64,000 nucleotides of DNA. It comes from Rozella allomycis CSF55. Its lineage: Eukaryota. Below the pieces are notes generated by a model, which made no database searches, was not told the DNA's origin, and saw only the letters and a program-made list of their open reading frames with translations. This document shows, one piece after another, positions 1-9,149 of the stretch (position 1 is its first letter; each line of letters begins with the position of its first letter). Made by a program: the position numbers and the translations under genes. The DNA is taken from NCBI GenBank assembly GCA_000442015.1, contig KE561071.1, positions 1-64,000 of the forward strand, written 5' to 3'.

Positions 1-607
1 TTGTTTTATACGTCAAACACACCAATCATGTTGCAATCTGCGCTTGTTTCTAACATCTACATGGTTTCACAAACTTTGTATAATAGATTCCCTGAAAACT
101 TTCTTGTGCGTCTTCTTGGAGTTTGGGAGGTAATTTTATATTTCTACTTTAATTAAGCCATATGAAGGGACTAGCCATTTTGTTCCAGTAAGGGGAATCG
201 CTTATTTCATTACTGCTCCACATGACATTTCTAGTGTTCTATCGGATCCATTCCACTTTGTTGTCTATTTGATCTTTATGTTGACTGCTTGTGCTGTTCT
301 TTCAAAGACTTGGATTGAAGTTTCTGGATCATCTCCAAAAGATGTTGCACGTCAATTCAAGGAACAACAATTAGTTATTCGTGGTTATCGTGATACTTCT
401 ACTTACAAAGAATTAAAACGTATTATTCCAACTGCAGCCTTGTTCGGTGGTCTTTGTGTTGGTATTTTAACAATTACTGCTGATCTTCTTGGAGCTATTG
501 GAAGTGGAACTGGTATTTTATTGGCGGTTACAATCATTTATCAATACTTTGAAATGTTTGTTAAAGAACAAGCAGAACAAGGAGGATTAGAAGCTATACT
601 GAACTAA
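1..607 (+). CDS. SEC61: Sec61 alpha subunit, 3' part (5' end outside window)
   Basis: Reads [18 protein letters not shown]...[13 protein letters not shown]...[22 protein letters not shown] 28-nt GT-AG intron at 130-157 restores the frame. Confidence 0.97.
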
Positions 608-653
608 TAAAGTTTTACATGCACAAAGTTTTTTAAATGATTAAACAAATTTA

Positions 654-1727
654 TTATTGTTGCTTACAATCTGGTTGTTGTTGAGGCTTTTTGCCCTTCT
701 TGTTGCCTTTTGGTTTAGCTTCTGGCTCACTTTCTTCTTCAGAGTCTTCCTCGCTTTCCTCTTCACTTTCTTCTTCGCTCTCTTCATCATCCTCTTCTTC
801 AGATCCATAATCTTCTTCTTCATCAAACATATCCTTTGCTTCTCCAGTAAACCACAATAATGCATAAGGAATTATTTCATTCTTGAACACATCAGTTATT
901 TCAAAGTCAAACTCTTCTTCACCTTCTTCTTCTTTCTTATCACTGAAATAATTAAAAAAGGATTGTCTTGGGACTTCACTTTTAACAACACGTGTTATTT
1001 TTGTTCCAGGCTTTCTTTGTTTCTTTGAAACAAGTTCAACAGTCAAATTCTTTCCTTCCTTCCAATCAATTTTGCATCCCTCAGTATAATCATAATCTAA
1101 ATCACTATCCCCCTTCTTCATGTAGACTGTCTTTGTCAAAACTTCATTGGTAAAATATGGATTCTCGCTAAAATAGAATTTCAATTCAAAGGACTATTTT
1201 TATCTTTAATCGTCGAATCTTACTGGTAATTCTTTGCCTTCTAAATAACGGCATTCAATATTTGTTAAATATTGCAATGCTCCACAATCATCTTCAGTTA
1301 ACAATTCAGTGAACATATCGTGGTTCTTCAATGATGACAGCCAGAATTCAGGAACTCCTTTCATCTCTTCTTCCTTCTCCTTTACTTCTCCAACTTTTGC
1401 AAAATCTTCAGAAGCATCCTCAACCTTGCATTCTTCTTCAGTTGGCTCATACGCACCAGTAACAATCTCAGTTCTCTTCTTGTACATTTCAGCGTATCTC
1501 TCAGAGAATTGTTTTTCAAGCTCTGCAACAGCAAGGCGAAATTCGTATTCAATATCTTTATGCTTGTTTTGGAGGTTTCTTAGCGCATTCAAACGCTTTC
1601 TTACTGCAAGTGGAAGTGACTCCAAATATCCAGAGGAACGTCCGTAAAGCTCTCCCAAACGTTGTTGCAAAAGGTTCATAGCATAAGGTGAGTTGGCAAT
1701 AATATTGGCTGCTTCTTGGTTTGACAT
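654..1727 (-). CDS. NAP1: Nucleosome assembly protein 1
   Basis: Motifs GVPEFWL, FSENPYFTNEVLTK, GCKIDWKEGKNLT, SFFNYF; acidic tail; ends CKQQ (CaaX-like). Intron 1194-1223 joins the two ORFs. Confidence 0.95.
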
Positions 1728-1962
1728 TTGAAAAAAGTCTTTAAGCTAAGCCCCTTGTAAAAATCATCATTTTTCTCTCTCGATTCAACAATTCGCTGAA
1801 ATATGCACCAGAGAATAATTTTCTGTTTTTGGCTTATAAAATCTGCTGTTTCAAAATTCCATGTAATTATTGCAAATTTACAAGTTGGTCACTTTGTTTA
1901 TTAATTGTGTTATTTGTTTATTCCGCCCCCGGTCAATTTTGTAATTAAACAAAGCTTAAGAA

Positions 1963-2886
1963 ATGCGAAGTAAGTGTATTGCAATACATATAATTATTAG
2001 ACATCGTAGATATTACGAACACTTCATTAGTCAATAGTTCAGCAAGGCAGCCTTTAATATCTGAAACACTATATGAACAAGTAACTCAATATCTATATTA
2101 CAACAAGTTTCTTCGGCATGGTTTCTCAATAAGGCAAATTGACCGTGATTCAGGTGACCAAGAAGGAACTGAACAAATTTATGAATTTAGATCACCAATT
2201 GTTTACAGAAACCGTCAATTGGCTTCCGTGATTCTACAAGATCGATTAGAGCAACAGTGTCTCTCAAATTCATCTCAGATGAAAGACGTTTCTTCAAGCA
2301 ACCCAGTTTTGGACATGAGGATAACTGAATTCGATGGAGGTGAATATACCCCGCATTATAATTGTCACAACGTATTAAAAGATGACACTACCACTTATTG
2401 TACTGTAAAAAACAAGAATGCCAATATCTTATTCAAACATAATATTTATTGTGAAAATGCTAAAAAGCCTGCATCTTTTGTATTGACAGAAATTGTCATT
2501 AAAGCGCCGGCAATCGGGTACACATGCCCTATAAAAGATGGTCTTATCTTTGTCTCAAACGAACCGATAGACATAGATGCTACATGTGAATTCGATGGAT
2601 TTACAGAAGAAAAATATCGCATGTTTATGAAATCGCAACTAGGAAAAAGGTGGGTTGGTAAGCACACTCCCGCCCTGTATTTTAAAGTCGATCAGAAAGA
2701 ACCAGTATACGTTCGACAGTTGAGGACTCCCCGTTCAGGATCTTATATTCTTGTAAAACTTCTTTCTTCGCACGGCAAAGGCGGCAATATTGATATTCAA
2801 TACATTGGATTCAAAGGTACCATCTTTTTACACAATTTATAGGATATTACGGGAAAAAGTCGTTCGACGCTGGGCAAACACTATAA
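1963..2886 (+). CDS. Uncharacterised protein with a C-terminal galactose-binding-like (discoidin/APC10-like) domain
   Basis: ATG at 1963, two short introns, continuous frame through ORF 2219-2842. The DGGEY...NVLKDD..YCT...NIDIQYIGFKG pattern resembles a fungal beta-sandwich family. Confidence 0.6.
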
Positions 2887-2921
2887 TTTTTGTAATAAAT
2901 CGGTAAATTTTTATTCTTAAC

Positions 2922-3338
2922 CTACGATGTCATTGCCTTATGTTCTAATTGTTCTATCGTCAATTCTACAACTAATTGCCAATCATCATGAAACCCCTCT
3001 GTTAAAAGTAAACATGATAAAGTACCATTGATGCATTTCTTAAATTCTTTCAATGCGGCATTGCTATTACCTAGGTTCAAATGACAATATCCAAGTAAAT
3101 GTCGGCCCATCATTTGGGAACCACTTAAAGTAATGTAATAATTCAAGCAAGTAATACATCTAGAGTATGCGCCAAGCTGATAAAAGTCTTTTGCTACCAG
3201 CTAGTATCTTTACAATAGAAATACCTTGTATACATCATTGGCGTCTGCAGGCCGACCCAATTTTTGCATAAACCATTGTGCCACTTCTTCAATTGATAAT
3301 TCCGGCACTAAGGTTTCGTAATTGTCGTAATCTGTCAT
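2922..3338 (-). CDS. Small TPR-like helical protein
   Basis: Spliced frame MTDYDNYETLVPELSIEEVAQW...FYQLGAYSRCITCL...HLLGYCHLNLGNSNAALKEFKKC with two short introns; TPR-like periodicity. Confidence 0.6.
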
Positions 3339-3568
3339 TTTGTTGTATACGAAATTTCAACGGCCAATTTTGTTAAATCTTAAAAAAATTGTATAATAGT
3401 GCAACTAATTTACTAAATATTAACAAATAATTTTCTCCTCGTCAGGGATCAAATTCATCTATGAAGGGTTCGAAAGATGGCGCCAAGGATTTGGATCTAC
3501 TCTAGTACATATAATTGTAAATTGTTTTATATTCATTTTAAATTTTATGACTTCTATGAATCATGATT

Positions 3569-4670
3569 TTATTTAACCAATTTGTTATCTGAAACAATAG
3601 GAGAATCTCTTAACACTTTTTCACTTTTCGCGCTTTGGATATCAGCAGTTTTGCTCATGGAATCAAGGCTGTATTTTTTAGCCATCGCATCTATGTATAT
3701 ATAGAATTGATTCAAATATGACGACAGAAATGGGACATGGGGTGAGACATCAATAGCACTTCCAAAAATCCCTAGGGCATATAACCCAAGTGAAGAAAGT
3801 AAAAGTGGCAGTGCAGGGAAAACAGAAAACGTGGAATAGCCAGGGGCAAATGTAGCTATAGCGTGATCTACAAACCACGGTATTCCAACAAGAACATTGA
3901 CGACTACAATTACCAAGCATCTAAACATTAACTGTGGTTTTAAAGCACTTTTGGCGCTTGCGGATAAAGATCTCTTTCGTACTTGTATTACAATTTTAAA
4001 TAATGAAATGCAGCAATATAGAGTGCCACTGAAAAAGATAACTTGAAGACTCATCAAAATATATTTGAAGCGATAGTTGTAAAGATCGTAGACACAATGA
4101 TAATGAGATATATAAAAAGGAGTATTCGAGTCATAAATTTTGTTAATAGTTTCGGTCACAATTAGCAATTGCACTGATAACGAAACGAACATCATAAGTA
4201 TTACATTCAACCAGAGTTTCTTTCCGTCAGCCAAGAAGAAGTTTTTTAACGCAACTCGAATTTTTGTATCAGGAATAATATTTTGTGTACTCATCAAGAT
4301 TCAAGTACAGAACTGATGTGTATCCCAGTGCTATCATTGATTGGAAACATGTAATAGAGTAAGATATATTGGACAATATATAGCATTCCAGGTTTGTAAA
4401 GATGTTGAAGTTTCGCGATAGGTCAACAATTAAGCCGGAATCAAAATTTGTCATTACCACGGTTTTAAAAGATGCATAAGTGAAGTAAAAATGAGTGACA
4501 ACAGCAGCGATTCCTCCAAAAAGTAGATGGGGATATATAGGCTTCGTACTTTTCTTAGGATCGGTTATAACGGAATATATAAGCCGAATCACACCTATTA
4601 CATGGAGAATACCTGGAGTAATTGAAAGAAGGTGCGTGAACCCAATAAGGAAAACGTAAACAGAGTTCAT
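3569..4670 (-). pseudogene. 7TM GPCR-like gene, copy 1 (frameshifted)
   Basis: Paralog of the two adjacent copies, split into ORFs 4269-4715 and 3569-4297 by a 7-nt insertion at about 4294-4305. Could be an assembly error. Confidence 0.7.
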
Positions 4671-4771
4671 GGTTACAAGTGAAAGTGTTTGACTATATAN
4701 AGTACGGGGTATCAAAAAATCATACCATGCTTACCATCTCCATCTATATTATAGTATCGGTTTTATGATTA

Positions 4772-4837
4772 TCTATATAAGAAACATGACGAACACAATC
4801 CATTTTTTAATGCGAGCGAAGCGAGTACAACCGCTAG
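4772..4837 (+). mobile_element. Putative miniature non-autonomous Helitron or Helitron remnant
   Basis: A|TCTATAT... 5' end, subterminal GCGAGCGAAGCGAG hairpin and CTAG|T 3' end, sitting between A and T with no TSD. Confidence 0.55.
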
Positions 4838-4915
4838 TACACTTTTATAAATAGAAACATTTGAAACGCTATCGGTTGATGTAATTATCTGTAACATAAT
4901 TGTCATAACTCTTCT

Positions 4916-6004
4916 TTATTGAATCCCTGTTTTTGAAGTATCTAAATTTCCAATGAGCTTAAGGCTTTTGCTTTGTGTTTCTAAAGTTTTAGAGACATTC
5001 GAAGAATGGCTGTATTTCTGCGCCATTGTGTCTATATAAATGTATAGACGGTTCAAATGTGAAGAAAGGAAAGGCACATGCGGACAAACATCATTCGAGC
5101 TACCAAAAATAAGGAAAATAAAAACACCAATGGGAGAAATCAGGATAGGCAATCCGGGAAAAGAAGAAAAAGCCGAGTTTCCTGGTGAATACGTTGCTAT
5201 TGCATGATCAATGATCCAAGGAATACCAGCTAGAGAATTCACTACCACAATAACAACACATCTAAATATTAATTGCGGTTTTAAAGCGCTTTGTGCACCA
5301 GCGGACAAAGATTTTTTACGTGCCTGTAGAACTATTTTTGCTAGAGATATACCACAAAATGTAGCTACACCGAATAGAACTATTTGCAGTATCAACAATA
5401 GATCACGAAAACGATAGTTGTGCAAATCAATAGTGCAATAAAAATTTGATATATAAAAAAGCGGATGTGAATCATCAATTTGATTTGCAGTTTCTCCGAC
5501 CAATAAATATTGAAGGATGACAACTACCACCATTAGGAGCGACGAATTCATCCATGAATATTTTCCTTCAGCCAGAAAGAACTTTGTTAAAAGTGTTCGG
5601 ATTCTGGTTTCCGGTACAATGTTTTGAGTGCACATCAAATACAAAACGGATGTATAACCCAATGACACCATTAACAAATGCGCAGATATAAAATATGATA
5701 TGTTGGCCAATACATAGCATTCAAATTTGGAGAATAGCTCAAAATCATATGAGAAATCAATTATTTTCTCAGACCTAAAATTCGTCAGTACGACTGTCTT
5801 GATTGCGGTGAGTGAAAAGAAGCAGTGAACTGTTACAGCGGAAATCGCACCATGAAAATATTGCGGATACATTGGTTTTGAGCATTTCTTGGGATCAGTA
5901 GCTACAGAATATAATAATCTGAACACGGCCACCAAATGAAGACAGATTGCTGATAGGGATAGCAGATGGGCTAAACAGATGATAAAAACATAGATAGCAT
6001 TCAT
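4916..6004 (-). CDS. 7TM GPCR-like protein (cAMP-receptor/Git3-like), copy 2
   Basis: Intronless ORF with seven hydrophobic segments, Cys at the top of TM3 and in ECL2 (FYCTID), R...P in TM6 and G....FG in TM7. Confidence 0.7.
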   Translation of the reverse strand: MNAIYVFIICLAHLLSLSAICLHLVAVFRLLYSVATDPKKCSKPMYPQYFHGAISAVTVHCFFSLTAIKTVVLTNFRSEKIIDFSYDFELFSKFECYVLANISYFISAHLLMVSLGYTSVLYLMCTQNIVPETRIRTLLTKFFLAEGKYSWMNSSLLMVVVVILQYLLVGETANQIDDSHPLFYISNFYCTIDLHNYRFRDLLLILQIVLFGVATFCGISLAKIVLQARKKSLSAGAQSALKPQLIFRCVVIVVVNSLAGIPWIIDHAIATYSPGNSAFSSFPGLPILISPIGVFIFLIFGSSNDVCPHVPFLSSHLNRLYIYIDTMAQKYSHSSNVSKTLETQSKSLKLIGNLDTSKTGIQ

Positions 6005-6279
6005 GGTTACCGTTGTTGCTACGGTTGAACCCGGAACCCAGAAAATCAACGCGAATATAGTCTAAACTATTTGGATACACGAAGTTATTAACAACGGAGA
6101 TAAAATCTTGCATTTCGACATTTTAAAGGGTGGATAAGATAGAACTCACTCATTTTACTTTTTGTAGAATCGAATTACAACAGGATTGAATTATAAACTA
6201 TTTAAGTTTCAAAACTTCTTCGAAAAAATCTTGACCACACTGAGATGCAACCACATAAAAGGCTATTCCTAACTCTGTT

Positions 6280-7368
6280 TTATTGAATAACAGATTTTGA
6301 AGTACCTGAATTCCCAGTGAGCATGATACTTTTGCTTTGCGTTTCCATTGATTTTGAAAATTTCGAAGAATTGCTGTATTTTTGCGCCATTCTGTCTATG
6401 AAAATGTACAGACGGTTCAAATGTGAAGAAAGAAAGGGCACATGTGGACATACATCATTCGAGCTACCAAAAATAAGGAACACGAAAATTCCAATAGGTG
6501 AAATCAGGATAGGCAATCCGGGAAATGAAGAGAATGGTGAGTTTCCTGGTACATACGTTGCAATTGCATTATCAACGACCCATGGACTCCCGGCCAGGGA
6601 ATTCACTACTACAATAACAACACATCTAAATATCAATTGCGGTTTTAAAGCGCTTTGTGCGCCAGCGGATAAAGACTTTTTGCGCGCCTGTAGAACTATT
6701 TTTGCAAGAGATACACAACAAAATGCAACTACGCTAAATAGAAGTATTTGTAGTATCAACAATAGATCACGAAAACGATAGTTGTGCAAATCAATAGTGC
6801 AATAAAAATTTGAAATATAGAAAGGGGGATGCGGATCTTGAATTTGATTTAGAGTTTCTCCTACTAATACATATTGAAGGATGGCAACCCCAATCATTAA
6901 GACTGAGGAATTTATCCATGAATATTTTCCTTCAGCCAGAAAGAACTTTGTTAAGAGTTTTCGGATTCTGGTTTCTGGTACTATGTTTTGAGTGCACATT
7001 AAATACAAAACGGATGTATAACCCAATGATACCATTAGAATATAGGCAGACATGAAATATGATATGTTGGCCAAGACATAGCATTCAATTCTGGAGAATA
7101 TATCAAAGTTATATGAGAAATCAATTATCTTGTCTGAATTTAGATTTGTCATTGCGACTGTTTTGAGAGCAGTGAATGAGAAGAAGCAATGAACTATGAC
7201 AGCGGAAATCGCACCATGAAAATACTGCGGATACATTGGCTTTGAACATTTCTTGGGATCAATGATCACAGAGTATAGTAATCTGAACACGGCCACCGAT
7301 TGAATACAAATTGCTGATAGAGATAAAAGATGGACTAAGCAGATGATTAAGACATATAAAGCATTCAT
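6280..7368 (-). CDS. 7TM GPCR-like protein, copy 3
   Basis: 362-aa intronless ORF, collinear with and highly similar to copy 2. Confidence 0.7.
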   Translation of the reverse strand: MNALYVLIICLVHLLSLSAICIQSVAVFRLLYSVIIDPKKCSKPMYPQYFHGAISAVIVHCFFSFTALKTVAMTNLNSDKIIDFSYNFDIFSRIECYVLANISYFMSAYILMVSLGYTSVLYLMCTQNIVPETRIRKLLTKFFLAEGKYSWINSSVLMIGVAILQYVLVGETLNQIQDPHPPFYISNFYCTIDLHNYRFRDLLLILQILLFSVVAFCCVSLAKIVLQARKKSLSAGAQSALKPQLIFRCVVIVVVNSLAGSPWVVDNAIATYVPGNSPFSSFPGLPILISPIGIFVFLIFGSSNDVCPHVPFLSSHLNRLYIFIDRMAQKYSNSSKFSKSMETQSKSIMLTGNSGTSKSVIQ

Positions 7369-7768
7369 GGCAAGTTGGTAACCGTCGATATTTGACTGCT
7401 AAACAACCTTTCATCGATAGGAAATTAATTTGAATTTTAAATAAAGATGAATGAATTAATTAAAATAGTTTCAACTTTCAACTTCCTTTAAAAACGCGAC
7501 CAGCTCAGAAAGTCCCCTTTAGCATGCAAGGAATACTACTATAGTCTAATTCTATACCGAATATGAAATATTGAAATATATGAAATTGATCGCACTTCAA
7601 GTCTTCAGTTCCGTTTGACATATGTATTAATGAAAAATAGCCCAGCCGCAGGTACCTTTGGGCTTAAACTCGAAACCTAGAAATGAATTTAAATAGAGCG
7701 ACATTATTGAACTCGTTATTTTAACGCACTGGCAAGTCGTCAAAATGGAATAGCGTAATGAAATACTA

Positions 7769-8521
7769 ATGTTGAAATTTCAAGTTTTGGAGTTGGAAAT
7801 TGATTGCTCTTCAGTTCCCGTTGACATTTCCATTCCATTAAATTTTCCACCACTGGTTTCTTGCTTTGGAATAAGATCCATGTTTGACGAGCCTATTTTA
7901 TCAATTTCGGAGGGTGCCTCGGTAAACTGTAGCAAACTGATGATTACACCTCACGCTCATGGAACCCATACAGAATGCATATCTCATATTTCGAAATGTG
8001 AAACAAATATGTCTACTGTGCAATATGGTGCGCATAGCCTTGCTTTATTGATTAGATGCGAGATTTCAAATCGAAGTGAAACAAATGAGACTTGTCCAAG
8101 AAACTCTAAAGCTATCGATAGGGTTATAACACGCAATTCTATAGAGTATGTTATGCAAAAGTATGAAAATTTAAAAACTCACATAAACGCAATTATGATC
8201 CGCACATATGCGTCCGATTTACAATTTCCTATTGATTTTACAAATACCAATCCAGCATACTTTACAAAAGAAGCAATGTCTTTAATTTCAGAATGGAGTG
8301 ATCATGTGCTTGTTGATCTGCCATCAATTGATCGCGAAGATGACGGCGGGGAATTGCTAGCTCACAAGGCCTTTTTCAACAATAACACCAACAAGCTGGT
8401 AACGGAACTATGTCGATTTCCTGATTCTCTTGATGAAGGACTGTACATGCTAACCATGTCGCTTCCGAGATGGAATACTGATGCTGTTCCCACCCAGCCA
8501 CTAGTATCAAGGGTCAAAAGA
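7769..8521 (+). CDS. Cyclase-family metallohydrolase (kynurenine formamidase KynB-like) domain with no stop before the HIT region
   Basis: Metal motif PHAHGTHTECISH, plus DLPSIDREDDGGELLAH, VTEL and TDAVP; intronless. Confidence 0.85.
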
Positions 8522-9040
8522 ATGTCTAATTGTATATTCTGCAAAATAATCCAAGGTAAAACAAATACTTAAAATATTAAAAGGTAAGATTTAATATTAT
8601 TTTTAAGCAGGAACAATCCCGTCATTTAAAATTTACGAAAACGAGCTAACATATGCGTTTATGGATATCCAACCTTTATCTATGGGTCATATAGTAAATG
8701 AAATTATTAAATTCGAGTAGCTTGTTATCCCAAAAACACATGCACAGTTTTTCCATGAAGTGCCTGATGAAAATTTGCAGGATTTGCTACCTGTAGCTAA
8801 AAAGATTGCTAGTGTGTTTCATAAAAAGGGAGCGTATAACATTTTGCAAAACAATGGACGACTTGCGAACCAGGTAATTGTAGATTAGCTAAGATATAGG
8901 CTGTTGACCATGTGCACTTTCACATAATTCCCAAGAACAGTGAAGAAGACGGATTGGGTGTTAGATGGAATTCGATGAAGCCCAATATGGAAGATTTGAA
9001 AAAGCTGGCTGACGAGATCCAATCGAAAATTCCGGCCTAG
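8522..9040 (+). CDS. HNT1: HIT-family nucleotide hydrolase (Hint/Hnt1)
   Basis: Spliced: MSNCIFCKIIQG|TIPSFKIYENELTYAFMDIQPLSMGHI|LVIPKTHA...YNILQNNGRLANQ|AVDHVHFHIIPK, containing the HxHxH triad. Confidence 0.93.
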
Positions 9041-9149
9041 TGAGATTGGCACCACTAATAAATTATATTTATATGATGTGCTGGAACGTGTTATTTGATG
9101 ATTTTGGATGCCTTTTAGCGTTTGACCCTGGTTGTGTATTTTAGAAAAA

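Noticed and set aside
641-865. Alternative-frame ORFs and GAA-type repeats over the NAP1 3' end
   Set aside because: Explained by the acidic low-complexity tail of NAP1.
3440-3500. Imperfect hairpin containing GGTTCGAA (tRNA B-box-like or SECIS-like)
   Set aside because: No cloverleaf, A-box or SECIS stem pairing could be built.
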